Below, piece by piece: positions 50,042 to 62,759 of a stretch of DNA of 64,000 nucleotides. Source of the stretch: Chiloscyllium plagiosum. Taxonomy: Eukaryota. The stretch covers positions 17,425,257 to 17,489,256 of the forward strand of contig NC_057718.1 in NCBI RefSeq assembly GCF_004010195.1, given 5' to 3'. The first letter of the stretch is position 1; each line of letters starts with the position of its first letter. The translations under genes and the position numbers were made by a program. Under the pieces are notes generated by a model, which was not told the origin of the DNA, searched no databases, and was given only the letters and a program-made list of their open reading frames with translations.

Positions 50042-51200
50042 TAGAAACATACAAAGTAGGAGTAGGAAAATGCCATTCATTCCTTCGAGTCTGCTTTGCC
50101 ATTCATCCAACTTAGTACCCTTTCTGCAGTTTCCCCCCCCCCCAATATCTTTTCAACCCTTTAGCCTAAGAATTATAACCCACATTCCTTCTTGAAAGCA
50201 TTCAATGTTTTGGCACAAGTTGTTTTCTGTGGCAGCAAAATCCACAGGCACATCACTGTCTTTTAGCCTAAGAATTATAATCCACATTCCTTCTTGAACG
50301 CATTCAATGTTTTGGCACAAGTTGTTTTCTGTGGCAGCAAAATCCACAGGCACATCACTGTCTGGGTGAAGAAATTCCTTTTCATCTGAGTCATCCTTAG
50401 ACTGTGACCTCTGGTTCTGGACTATCTAGTCATTGGGATAACACATCCTGTGTTGACTCTGTCTAGTCCTATTGGTATTTTACAAGTTTCTGAGATACCC
50501 CATTATTCTTCTAAACCCTAATGAATATAGTCTTAATCAATCCAGTATCTCTTCATATATCAGTGCTTCTCTAGCAGGAATCAGCTTGCTAAACATTTGT
50601 TGGACTCCCTCCATAGCCAGAACAGCCTTCCTCAGATAAGGAGACCAAAGTTAAACACAATACTCCAACTGTGGTCTCATCAAGGTCCTGTAAAGTTGTA
50701 GCAAGACATTCCTGTTCCTTTTATTTAAATCCTCTTGCTGTCAAGACCAGTATACCACTTGCCTTTTCCATTGCCTGCTGCACCTAATGCTTGCTTGCAG
50801 CGACTGGTGTATAAGGTCACCCAGGTCTTGTTGCATCTCCCCTTATCAGATCATTCAAATAATCTGCCTTCATATTTTTTTCAAACAAGGTAGATTACCT
50901 CATCTTGTTTATCTACATTATACTTCATTTACTATGCATTTGCTGAGTTACTCAATTTATCCAAATCATATTGAAGCATCTCTGCATCTTCCTCACAGTT
51001 CACCCTCCCACTCAGCTTTGAGTTGTCTAAAACTTGGTGATATATTATTCTGTTGCGACAAATCATTTTTTACATATTGTGAACAGCTGGGGTCTAAGAC
51101 TAATTCCTGTGGAATCCCTCTAGTTACTGGTTATGACTTGACAAATGACCCATTTATTTCTACTTTTTGTTTCCTGTCTGTCAACCAATCTCTATCCATG
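50042..51200 (-). mobile_element. Old CR1 LINE 3' half
   Basis: Tail at 50042, ttgatgagaccacagttggagtattg on the minus strand, and SGIPQ-like sequence near 51110. Confidence 0.78.
50160..50363. repeat. 102-bp tandem duplication with 2 mismatches
   Basis: Units 50160-50261 and 50262-50363. Confidence 0.93.
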
Positions 51201-51319
51201 GATTCTCTGTCCACTTTTAGTGTTTATTCTTCAGTTGTCTTAATATTCCAAAAGGGAATTTATTCTTTCCTTAAGAAAATGTTGATTTGCAAATCTGATT
51301 GTTGCAATCCCCTTTTAAG

Positions 51320-51385
51320 TCCTTCAGGCAATGAAGGAAGATAGTGAGAAAGTGCCAAGCTTGCTGACAGATTACATTCTGAAAG
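51320..51385 (+). CDS. FEZ2: FEZ2 coding exon (66 nt), (I)LQAMKEDSEKVPSLLTDYILK(V)
   Basis: Acceptor ccttttaag, donor G|gttagt, phase 1-1. Confidence 0.95.
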
Positions 51386-52753
51386 GTTAGTCCAGATTTA
51401 CTTCCAAATTATTCACTAATATGTAAATAGTCAAATGCTGATAAATTATAAGTGATCTGTATTTTTATATTGTCTTTTCTCACTACTGAATTTTATTGCA
51501 ATGACCTCTAGTATGGTTGATTTGAATGTTTATTAAAATGTGTTTTTTCCCAATAGTATGGCTCAGTTCTGGTATGCATTGATGACTGGAGGTTGTACAA
51601 GGAGACTAAAATGTTGCCAAAGAACACTTTCAACTGAGACCTTAATTGTACATCAGCCAAATTTAAAATCAAGATCGGATGACAATATTTATCTAGAACT
51701 AATTGCTCTGCTAAATGTAAGACTGTTGGAAGTATTCTGATAGGTCATTAACTATCTTGTATCTTAATCTAGTTTTACCTGCACAAAAAAGTAAACTTGT
51801 AGTAATCTCCATGAATGTTAAACAGGCAGTTTGTTCGTAGGTAGTACGTTCAATTGTTTGACATTTTTTTGGCAACACATAATCAACACTGTGATGTAAG
51901 TTACATTAAACCACATTGCTGTGATATTAGCCAAAATCAGCATCATGGAAATTGAGCAGAACCTGTTTGGGTACTAGCTTGCTGTGTAACGTGATTACAT
52001 GCATTTCTAAAGGCAAATCGAATTTGTATGGGGTTTTTCTAGTCTTCCTTCATAGATGTTCAGCAGTAACCCCAGGGAAGTAGTCATTTTCCTGCAGAGA
52101 TCACAGAAAATAATTTGAAGAATTGCTGCACAAATTCTGAGTGGCAGTTACTAAGCTACTCTGATCATTTTAGTATTAAGACAGCAAAGTTTTTTTTAAT
52201 AGGATCCTTCTGAAATTGGATCTTGGCTCGTTAATGGGGCATGATTGTAGCTATACTGTTTTGTGTTTATACTATAACTGATCAGATACTATCTGATGCT
52301 TACACTGGGTGTCAAAATTGAAAAGTTGTTTCATTTTCCAGCAATGATGACCAGTATCATTATAAGAAAAAAAAAATCACCCCTCATTTATTTTCCTAGA
52401 ATGAATGAAACGTGCCATTATCAAGAATTGTCACCTGTTTATAGAAGTTGAGCAATTGTTGTAAAGCGTGAGGGCTTCAAAAATACCAATTGTTGCATGT
52501 TCTACCCCTTCTTTCCTTTCTAGTTTTATTCCTTTCCCAAACAAGAAATTATTTATTAACTTCTATTCATGAAAACGACTAAAACGTAACCAGTTTATTG
52601 CCAAATTCTGTCTTGAAGCAGAAATAATTCACTTAAAGAATTTCCACCCTTGTGTCAATGCTTCAAACTTAATTTCTTTTCCTGCAGACTACATAAATAA
52701 TCAGCATAATTTGAAACAGTATGGCAAGTTGCTCGGCAGGCTTAATTCCCTAC

Positions 52754-52900
52754 AGGAGAAAGTGAGGACTGCAGATGCTGGAGATCAGAGTCAAAAAGTA
52801 TGGCGCTGGAAAAGTCGGGCAGCATCCAAGGAGAAGGAGTCGACGTTTCGGGCATCAGCCCTTATGGTGTGCTTTTTCAGCACCACACATTTTGATTTCA
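52754..52900 (-). mobile_element. PLE family A terminal repeat with partial fold-back
   Basis: Starts ggagaaagtgaggactgcagatgctggagatcagagtcaaaa as at 1121. Short inverted arm tttttcagcaccacacattttga. No clean TSD. Confidence 0.8.
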
Positions 52901-53210
52901 CTCCTTATAAGCATACAGCAAAAAGCTCTGATAACAGTGCTGATTTATTGCCTGCAAACTTGCCAGTGTAAATTGATCTTCAGGCACTTACAATTTAGAA
53001 TTAGCTTGCAGTAAAACACGTCAGTGGAGATAAAAAGGAAATTACAGAAACAAAAGGGCATAACGGAATGATAATTACACTTTATAAGAAATTGTATCAT
53101 GTGGTCAAAAGGATTTGCTTCCCCCCTTTTCTGTAAGCATGTGGAAATGAGAAATTTAGTCTCTTAGTAGTTTTACATTTGGTTTCTGTAAATAAGGCGT
53201 ATATATAGTT

Positions 53211-53519
53211 ATCATAGAATCCCTACAATGTGAAAACAGGCCCTTCAGACCACAAGTCCACCCAGACCCATTCCCCTATCCTATTACTCTGTATTTATCC
53301 CTGACTAATGCACCTAACCTACACATTTCTGAACACTGTGCAATTTAGCATGGCCAATTCCCCTAACCCGAACGTTTTTGGACTGGGAGGAAACTGGAGG
53401 AAACCCACACAGACACAGGGAGAATGTGGAAACTCATCACAGACAGCCACTCAAGGATGTAATCAAACCTGGGTCCCTGGATGTGTGAGGCAGCAGTGCT
53501 AGCCACTGAGCCACCATGC
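53211..53519 (-). mobile_element. HE1-type SINE (diverged)
   Basis: Body and head match the other HE1 copies. Confidence 0.82.
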
Positions 53520-55556
53520 TTCTATCTCATGTTAAGGGATATGATAGCATGTTAATTTTTGTTGAAAATTCTTAGACATGATCCGTTAAGTACAAAACTT
53601 CAACACCCACAGAACTCTGCTAGGTATTTTGAAAGAATGTAAAAATACCCTTGAAAATAAATTAAAGAACCAAGGATTGGAAGGAATGCTAGTGGAGGTG
53701 GGGTTAGGTTAGTGGTGTGTTGCTGGTGGAGCTGGGTGTGGAGCTGTGAAACTCCAGTAGTGGATTGGAGAGAGCTTAACTACATAACTCGTCCTGAGTT
53801 GGAAAATGCAAGGTCAGACCTCCCTGGGAGCCCAATCGTTCTCTCTGTTTCTGCAAAACTGCAAAGGCCAACCTGCCAAGTCGTACACTTGTGCAGACAC
53901 TCAAAGCAAAAGGAGCACATGTACAGGATAAAATACATCCAAAAAGGCTTGACCGAGGATGTAGGACAAAAGACCAAACTATACACTTCACCTGATCTGA
54001 CCCAACCTGAAGTTGCCTGTAGCTTTGGACCTTCAAGCTTTCAGTATCAGCTTGACCTTCATGTAGTGCAGATGTGTGGCAGAAATAAGAACCAAATGTC
54101 AATCAACTCCAAGACCTATAACATCAGCAGCTAGATGGCTTCCAATCCTCAGGGACATATTCTAGGTATTTATGTTTCCTTCACCATCAGCACTTTGCAT
54201 ACCGTTTACTCTCCAATTCCACTAGGAAACTAGAATTATGTGGGCAAAACAAAGATTCTGAAACCTAACAGTACAGGATCCTCCCTCACTATTACCTAGT
54301 CTTCCACCTAAGGAAGAGATGTACCCTGGTAATAAAGCACCAAGAAAAAGAAGTAACCTCCTTTAAAAGCCAGATTTGCCGTGCTTTGAATTGTTGAACA
54401 TTAAGTTGCTAGATAAGTTAAAATCTATGTCCTCAAATGAAAGTGTAGCATTTAAAGTTGATCTGTCACACTTCAGATCTCACCAGTGTTCAAAGCGTCT
54501 TCAAGAAATTTCAACAAACAGAATTGATAGGATTTTTAAGTGCATAAACGTTCAAATGTAGTTGCAGAGTTAAAGTTCATACAAGGCTAATCTGGTATGG
54601 TGACAAAGTAATTTTCCACCAGTTACAGATTTAAGTCCTTATCCTGTTTTACTCCCCAGCCTATCAGCTTTGTCTGTGTGAGCCCTGGCAATCTGTCAGT
54701 TCAGCAATTGCCTGGTGCAGCTTTCGGGAGCTGAGCATCCCCAGGACAAGAGAAAGAGCTGGCATTTTATTCCATTCGAAACACATTTTGATGACTATTA
54801 GTAATTTTGATACCAATTGTGAAAAGTGCAGAACAAAGCTTTGTGTCTCTATCTTGTAGAGGACAAATTGACCCAGCACATGGCCCCAGTGGGAAATCTT
54901 TTTTTTAATTAAAAGACCACTTACAATAATAACAAACTTGTCTAAAGTCAGGTAAATGAATTTAATTGCAGTGTGATTATGTAGATTGAGAAAACTGTAA
55001 AGTATTTAATTCACTTTAGTTTTTTCCTTTTGTTTTTGGATTTTTGTTTCTGTTGAATTTACATTTACTTTCCTCTAACACCTGATGTTTCTTTGTTTTG
55101 TTTTTTTTTGTTGTGCTAGCACTCGTATAAAGGCTGGATTGACTGAGGTTTGTGTATATTGTCCAAAGGACAGAGGTCTCTGGGACTTTTAATGTAACTA
55201 GCACTTGTATATTTGTGCAGTTCTTAGGAACTGATATCCTGGTTGTTTACCATGATGTAAAAGGATTCATTCCTACTTAAATGATGACTTCATGCATGTT
55301 TGTTTCCTCTCTAGAGTCCCAAAACCAAGTAACTGCTTTTTAATCATTTGTTGCTTTAATCATATATACCATACTTTGTGTTTCGCTCTCAAAAAAAAAG
55401 TTTCATGGCAGCACTGGTCAAAGGATGTTTGTTTGTTTGTTTGTTGTGTAAACTTATGTATGTAATTAGTTATCTGGCTTTTTCTGTAAAAAGATTCTTG
55501 TCTTGCTCTCCTACATCCAAGGGATAAACTGCGGATAGGAAGCACAGTGGATAGAA

Positions 55557-55898
55557 TGGCACAGTGGCTCTGTGGTTAGTACTACTGCCTTACAGCACCA
55601 GGGACCTGGGTTTGATTACAGCCTTGGGTCACTGTGTGGAGTTTGTCTGTTCTCCCCACATCTGTGTGGGTTTCTTCTGGGTGCTCTGATTTCATCCCAT
55701 AGTCCGCAGATGTGCAGGTTAGGTTGTTTGGCCTTGCTAAATTGCCCTGTTGTGTCCAGAGTTGTACAGGTTAGTTGGGTTAGCTATGGTAAATATGGAG
55801 TTAGGGGAATAAATGGGGATGAGATGCTCTTCTGACGGTCCGCGCAGACTCGTTGGACTAAATGGTCTCTATTTGCACTGTAGGGACTGTGATTTCTG
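55557..55898 (+). mobile_element. HE1-related SINE (older)
   Basis: tggcacagtggctctgtggttagtactactgccttacagcaccagggacctgggtttga, then body. Confidence 0.8.
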
Positions 55899-56419
55899 AA
55901 AAGCTTGTATGCTGAGCTAATGTCTTCATGGATCTTGTATGTATAGAGAACTCTTTTACTAATAAAAAATTAAATTGGCAATATAGTCATTTGGTGTTTT
56001 GGGAAGTGGAAAAAAATCTTAGTTTGTGGAAAGAGAGAGAGATCTTGAGATGTTGCCATTCCCAGAAATAATTGAAAATCTCTAGAAGTACATAGGACAG
56101 TTAATTAGGGGAATCAAAACGATATATGGAATCTGAAGGCTAAAATGTAAAATTACTGCAAGATGTTAAATTAACTGAGAAGTGATTCACATTGAGCATG
56201 CGATTTTAAGGACCTTTACATGTTTCTAAACAATATAAGGGTTCAAAGTTTGTAAACTGTGTCTTCCAGGAGGTCAGACCTCTGCAAAGGGCAAGAGATC
56301 TGTGTTCTGTTTGGGTGGCTTTTATACAAGATTTGTTGTTTATGGAAAATGAGAGAGGAGTGTGTTCATATAGCACCATTTATAGCATTATTATTGAATG
56401 CTGTGTGGATTTTTAACAT

Positions 56420-57050
56420 TTTATTCATTTTATGGGATGTGGGCATCGCTGGCTGGCTAGCCTTTATTGTCTGCCCCTAGTTTCCCTTGAGAAAGCAGTG
56501 GTGAGTTGCCTTCGTGAACCACTGCAGTTCATCTGCTGTGGGTTGACCCACAATACCATTAGGGAGGGAATTCAAGGATTTGGACTCAGCTATAGCGGCA
56601 CAGTGACATATTTCCAAGTCAAGATGGTGAGTGGTGTGGAGGAGATTTTGAAAGTGGTGGTGTTCCCATATATCTGCAGCCCTTGTCCTTCTAGATGGAA
56701 GTGATTGTCGGTTTGTCTGAGGATCTTTGGATATCTGCAATTCAGCTTGTAGATGGTACTAGATGGCATATGCTGCTGCTTATGAGTGTCAGTGGTGCAG
56801 GGAGTGGATGTTTGTGGATGTGGTGCCAGTCAAGCAGGCTGCTTTGTTCTGGATGGTGTCAAGCTTCTTGAGTCTTGTTGGGGTTGCACTCATCCAGGCA
56901 AGTGGGGGGTATTTGATCTCATTCTTTGTGCCTTGCAGATGATGGACAGGCTTTGGGGAGTTGGGAGGTGAGTTACTTGCTGCAGTATTCCTAATATCTG
57001 ACCTGCTTTTGTAGCCACTGTGTTTATGTGGTGAATCCAGTGGATTATAA
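56420..57050 (-). mobile_element. Old CR1/L2-group LINE 3' end
   Basis: Minus-strand PLAWMSATPTRLKKLDTIQNKAACL and the family tail. Related pieces at ~57380-57586 and ~60050-60160. Confidence 0.78.
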
Positions 57051-58480
57051 GAGGTTAAATTATGATAACATATATAAACATAATTTGGATTGTTTTGGAT
57101 ATACAAGTTCAGGAAGATGACCTCCTCAAGATGTTTCAGGTTGCAAAATTGATCAATTTCCTTTTGTGATTACAAAATCTAGAATAAAAGCATAATCTTA
57201 AAATCAGAGCCATACTATTTGGAGTGAAATTGAGAAGCATTTCTTGCATTAAAAATTCTAGAAACCTGAAAGTCTTTCTTTCTGTTCCCCACTTGCCTGT
57301 TAACTTGACTTGGAAGGGAATTTGCAGGGATTGGTAACCCCAAGAATTGATGCTTTTCTTCTGAGTGGAAGATGGGGCATTGGTCAGTCACTACATTGCA
57401 CCTTGATGGTACACACTGCAGTCATTGAGAACCAGTGGTTGAAAATTGGATGTTTCAGATGATGGGTGCGATACCAATTTAGTGGGCTGCTTTATCCTGA
57501 ATGGTATTGAGCATCTGAAGTGATGTTGGAGCTGCACTTCTCGAGGCAAATCTGTAGATTATGGTTTGGGAAGTTGGAATGTAGCTTCTGGATTAGTGGT
57601 GCTGGAAAAGCACAGCAGTTCAGGCAGCATCCAGTCCCTCTACACCGCCATCCGCCATGACCAGGGCCTCCAAGCCCTCTGTTTCTTCCTCTCCTAACGT
57701 CCCCAACAGTACCCTTCCACCGACACGCTCATTCGTTTGGCCGAACTGGTCCTCACCCTTAATAATTTCTTCTTCAAATCCTTCCACTTCCTCTAGACCA
57801 AAGGGGTAGCCATGGGCACCCGTATGGGCTCCAGCTATGCCTGTCTCTTTGCTGACTACGTAGAATAGCCCATCTTCCGTAATTATATCGGCACCACTCC
57901 CCAACTCTTCCTCCGCTACATTGATGACTGCATTGGCGCCACCTCGTGCTCCCGCAAGGAGGTTGAGCAATTAATCAACTTCACCAACACATTTCACCCT
58001 GACCTTAAATTTACCTGGATCATCTCTGACACCTCCCTCCCCTTTCTGGACCTCTCCATCTCCATTAATGACGACGACTTGACACCGACATTTTCTACAA
58101 ACTCACGGACTCCCACAGCTACCTGATTACATCTCTTCCCACTCCACTTCCTGCAAAAATGCCATCCCATATTCCCAATTCCTCCGCCGTATCTGCTCCC
58201 AGGAGGATCAGTTCCACCACAGAACACACCAGATGGCCTCCTTCTTTAGAGACCACAATTTCCCTTCCCACGTGGTTAAAGATGCCCTCCAACGCATCTC
58301 ATACACATCCCGCACCTCCGCCCTCAGACCCAACCCCTCCAACCGCAACAAGGACAGAACGCCCCTGGTGCACACCTTCCACCCTACCAACCTTCGCATA
58401 AACCAAATCATCCACCGACATTTCCGCCACCTCCAAACAGACACCACCACCAGGGATATATTTCCCTCCCCACACCTTTC

Positions 58481-58900
58481 NNNNNNNNNNNNNNNNNNNN
58501 NNNNNNNNNNNNNNNNNNNNNNNNNNNNNNNNNNNNNNNNNNNNNNNNNNNNNNNNNNNNNNNNNNNNNNNNNNNNNNNNNNNNNNNNNNNNNNNNNNNN
58601 NNNNNNNNNNNNNNNNNNNNNNNNNNNNNNNNNNNNNNNNNNNNNNNNNNNNNNNNNNNNNNNNNNNNNNNNNNNNNNNNNNNNNNNNNNNNNNNNNNNN
58701 NNNNNNNNNNNNNNNNNNNNNNNNNNNNNNNNNNNNNNNNNNNNNNNNNNNNNNNNNNNNNNNNNNNNNNNNNNNNNNNNNNNNNNNNNNNNNNNNNNNN
58801 NNNNNNNNNNNNNNNNNNNNNNNNNNNNNNNNNNNNNNNNNNNNNNNNNNNNNNNNNNNNNNNNNNNNNNNNNNNNNNNNNNNNNNNNNNNNNNNNNNNN
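58481..58900. other. Assembly gap (N run)
   Basis: Read directly from the sequence. Confidence 1.
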
Positions 58901-59038
58901 CCACCTATCCACTCCACCCTCCTCCCTGACCTATCACCTTCATCCCCACCCCCACTCACCTATTGCACTCTATGCTACTTTCTCCCCACCCCCACCCTCC
59001 TCTCATTTATCTCTCCACACTTCAGGCACTCTGCCTGT

Positions 59039-59074
59039 ATTCCTGATGAAGGGCTTTTGCCCGAAACATTGAGT
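59039..59074 (+). ncRNA. Hammerhead motif with mutated cleavage triplet
   Basis: AUUC-CUGAUGA-A-GGGC(UUUU)GCCC-GAAAC-AUU-GAGU. GUC has changed to AUU, consistent with CpG decay. Confidence 0.7.
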
Positions 59075-59198
59075 TTCCTGCTCCTCGGATGCTGCCTGAT
59101 GCTTTTCCAGCACCACTAATCCAGAATCTGGTTTCCAGCATCTGCAGTCCTTGTTTTTAACCAAGTTGGAATGTAGCTACTTAGTGCAGAATTCTGCA

Positions 59199-60050
59199 GA
59201 GTCCAAGATGGCAGTGTGGTAGCAGGGCTGTGTGCGGGCTCTTGCCCAGGGCTCACCTGCTCCGATCTGCTTTCTTTTTTTCTTTTTACTCCTTTTTTTG
59301 TTTTTTTTTAATTCATTTTCTTTTGTTTGGCGGATTAGTTGGCAGTATTGGTGCAGTAGCACGAATGGGCCACGTGTGGAGTGGCGGCAGCCTCTTGGCG
59401 GTTGGAAGCTGTGACGGATGCGACATCTCCCAGTGATTGGAGGTGGTGGCAGCAAGGACGTCCTCCTGGTGTTCAGGGCCAGCGAATCATAGCTCCTACA
59501 GCGAGTGGAAGCAGCTGCAGCGCCAGCAGACTCCAAGATGGCAGCACTAGCAAGGCAATATCTCTGAGGGCGGCTGGAGCAGGAATCTTGGCGCAGTGGC
59601 AGCCTGGCCTAGCCTGGCTTGGCAGCCAAGCCCAGGACTCCTGGTTACAATAGGCCCAGAGTGGGGACTTCTGGCATTATTGAGGTCTCAACGGAGCCAG
59701 GGATCTCTGGTTGTGGTCACAGTAGGCCCGGTGCAGGGACTTGGAGACAGTGAGGACTGCAGATGCCGGCGTCCTAGTTATCAGCGAGATGGCAATGGAA
59801 GGACGATGGTAGGTCCAGTGCAGACGATGATAAGGCAGTGGGGGGAGGGTGACAGAACAAGTGTTGTTTCGCTAGTGAGTTGACTCTTGTTGGAGGTGGC
59901 AGATTAAAAATAGACTGTCTTTCAGTCATTATCATTTATTCTTAAACTTCAAAATGGCACCAGATAGTGGTGACAGTTAAAGCTTTTCACTATTTTATTG
60001 TACTATTCACTATAAAATGCAAGTGACAATAAATCATTCAAATTCAATCT
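59199..60050 (+). mobile_element. ~850-bp GC-rich non-coding element with a Rex1/Babar-like tail
   Basis: Starts CCAAGATGGCAG (repeated at 59533) and ends cttttcact...gtgacaataaatcattcaaattcaa. Confidence 0.6.
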
Positions 60051-60189
60051 TTAATTTATTCATGTGGCCACAGTGTTTATAACGCAGTATCTAATTATAT
60101 TTCTGGTTAGTGATGAGGATTCAACAGTTGTAATGCTGTTTAATATCGAGGGTGAGTTCAGAGCTGTTAGTTTATAAATATAAGGATTA

Positions 60190-60545
60190 AATAATCCGAG
60201 TGTCTATGCAATTGAAAAGAGAAGGCTGAGGGGTGACCTTGTAGGCTTCTTTAACATTATGGAAGGTTTTAATAGAAATGGCAGACATGAAAGGTGTTTC
60301 ACTTGTGGGCAATAAAGGACGTGGAGGTCATCAATATGATTATGGCAAAGAAATGAAATAGGAATTTCAGAAAAAAATCTCTACCAAAGACAGTGGCAAG
60401 AATGTGGTACTTGCAATGAGAAAAAAGTAGAGGGCTATACTGATTGTTTGTTTCCTGAGGAATGACGGAAGGAGATTCCAATGGAATATAAATAGTGGTG
60501 TGAATTGATCGGTTCAAAGAGCCTGTTTCTGTGGTTGTAAATTCA
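60190..60545 (+). mobile_element. Old CR1 3' fragment
   Basis: agaaggctgaggggtgacct followed by the tail. Confidence 0.65.
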
Positions 60546-60596
60546 GTGTTATTTCAAATTCTAGCTGGATGTTAATGTGTTTTTGTTCTTTTGCAG

Positions 60597-60613
60597 TGCT
60601 CTGCCCAACTTAA
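60597..60613 (+). CDS. FEZ2: FEZ2 terminal coding segment, (V)LCPT-stop
   Basis: Acceptor tttttgttcttttgcag, then tg ctc tgc cca act taa, completing the FEZ1/FEZ2 C-terminus VLCPT*. Confidence 0.93.
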
Positions 60614-62700
60614 AGCCAGTACTTTGCCATCACAGCAGAGGGGCATGAAGATTGCATTCTGGGGTAACTCCCTTGAAGAGAAAAGCACCTTTTATATTCC
60701 CATGCTCCCAGTCTATTAATTTTCCATAACCTTGAATATTGTGCTAAACTTGTCTTTATTTAATCTTACTAGTCCTTGGAGAGTAGTTTTATCGCATGGC
60801 AGTAAAGATTTCTCTTCCACCCCTCCCCCTACTTCACTTACCCTTTGCAGTGGACCATGTTAGACGACTTGCCTGTAGGTTCAAGTGTTCCCACCATGCC
60901 CCAGTGCGAACCCAGCTGGCTGTTTTTACCAGCGTGTAGAACAAGAGAACAGCTGTACAGTTTTAACCATGAGTATTGTATTAGCAGTGTAATATCTATT
61001 TTTACAATGTGTAGGATCTAGAGAAGTTAACTTTTTATCATCAAGGAAAACTGTTCAAGTAACAGTGGATGTAAATAAGCTCAAGAATTTTAACCAAACC
61101 CATAAAGCAGCAAACCTGTATATTTATTCCAATTATGCTAATTTTCAAAAAGGGAACAAATAGTTTAACTGCACTACGGACACATCCTGTCACAGCACGA
61201 CCTCTTTAATACAGTGCTCCCTAATAGCTCTTCTTTTGGGGTTTGAAATGAGTGCAAGGTTTGAAAATGGGAATAACAGCCTAAATTTGCAGTTGTGTAA
61301 AATTGTGAACAAATGGAAATCTGTAAATTTGTGTGACCTGTTTTCAGGCATCCTCCCATTGATGAGAATGGAGGCATGTATTGGTAATAACAGAGGAGCT
61401 CACCTGCCAACAAATGTTTTTCTACCACACAGCTCTATTTAGACTGAGAAATGCAAATATTTCGTAAAGAATTAGTTGAATTGCTTTCACAAGCTCTTTT
61501 GAGCCGGTCATCCCCCCTCTCCTCCTCTTTAAAATTCTCTCTTTTTAAAATATATTTTCATAGCGATGTGACCTTAATACTATAGATAATGGCCTCCACT
61601 GTGTTTTTTTGTTGTATCTGGCAAAAAAATGTGTTTTGGAAATTATTTTTTATTTGAGGAGAGTATTAAGTGTTGACCGAAAGCTGGGGTAGACCAACAA
61701 AAGCAGGAAGATTGATCCTTAAATAACATTAAGTATTAATTGGCTGCATTGTGTTTTTGTTTACAACAAGAAAAAGAAGAAAGTTTGATTTGTGCATTGT
61801 GCCAGGTGTATCAGGATACTACACAACCCGAACTGGGCCCAGCACGCAGGCTTCTGTTTGATGGATCATGCTGTAGAATGTTTTGTATTCATCCTGTGTC
61901 TAGGTTCTTTGTTAGCAGTCTAGTTAAATTATATATTTCTTAATGGTAGAAATAAGATATTATTGTGAATGTGCTTAGTCATATGTAAATTAAAGGCTGC
62001 ATGCTAACCATGTAAAGTATTTATGTGCTGTGGTTTCAGTTAAGATGCAATAGGAGTTATTTTAAAGTGGTGTTGTACTTGCCCTTTTCTCAATTGTACT
62101 TCCTTTCTTTGCTTTCATTGCCAGTATTATCAACGAAAATATCATAACAAAAACCCTAAGTATGACTCCAAATCAGTACACATGATATTGAACTGCAGTG
62201 CATGCAGCAGTTTTGAGATGCAAGTCCAGTTTTGATGCAGGTTTGGATGATGACTCCAGCTATCTGGGAAGCCAAGTCTTCTCTTTGTACTGTATCATCA
62301 CATGAGATTTACAGAATGGAGGAAAGTGGACATGCACATAGTACACACACGTTAAACGAAGGTAATGCCGCATTATTAGGGCTGCCTGATCAGTTATTCT
62401 GAAACCATGCTGCAATTTATCACCTTTTAACAGTCTTCAGAGTCTGTTGAACCAGGCATGCTTGTGTACACACATGCTGTAATAATCCAGTAATTTAGGA
62501 TGGTTTTCTTTCTAGTTGTGAAATAACTGACCTTGTGGCAATAGTGTTAATTTTCATGTAGAATATTGATAATTTTTCAGTGTCAGTAATCTTAATTTAT
62601 TATTCCTGTAATTTTGGCAGCTTGTAAAGTTTGTGGCAGTAATTTTATTTCATAATGCAACTCTTTGAGAACAAATAAACTTGATTTACACATTTTACAA
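60614..62700 (+). other. FEZ2: Probable FEZ2 3' UTR (~2.1 kb)
   Basis: No recognisable repeats between the stop codon and AATAAA at 62674, unlike the repeat-dense introns. Repeats resume at ~62760. Confidence 0.65.
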
Positions 62701-62730
62701 TGTGAACAGTATGTGTATTGTATTTTATCA
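62674..62730 (+). terminator. Polyadenylation signal AATAAA (62674-62679) with downstream GT/T-rich element
   Basis: AATAAA is followed about 20 nt later by tgtgaacagtatgtgtattgtatttt. A possible proximal ATTAAA lies at 61989-61994. Confidence 0.65.
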
Positions 62731-62759
62731 AAACAAACAATGGTAACTTTATCAAGTCA

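Larger units (their letters stand above)
57587..59162 (+). mobile_element. 5'-truncated PLE family A copy with inverted 5' cap
   Basis: RT motifs (SLYT, LTLNNF, KGVAMGTRMG, RYIDD) with stops. 16-bp TSD AAGTTGGAATGTAGCT at 57571-57586 and 59163-59178. 57587-57632 is an inverted copy of ~59087-59125. Confidence 0.93.

Noticed and set aside
53712..54134. 140-aa ORF
   Set aside because: No recognisable motif, non-ATG start and no convincing splice structure.
58208..59072. ORFs spanning the second gap, one apparently ending in the hammerhead
   Set aside because: The frame across N bases is unknown, and the GIY-YIG domain cannot be seen in either family A copy.
60631..60646. Second CTCF-like motif after the stop codon
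   Set aside because: ACAGCAGAGGGGCA deviates from the core consensus, too weak to call.
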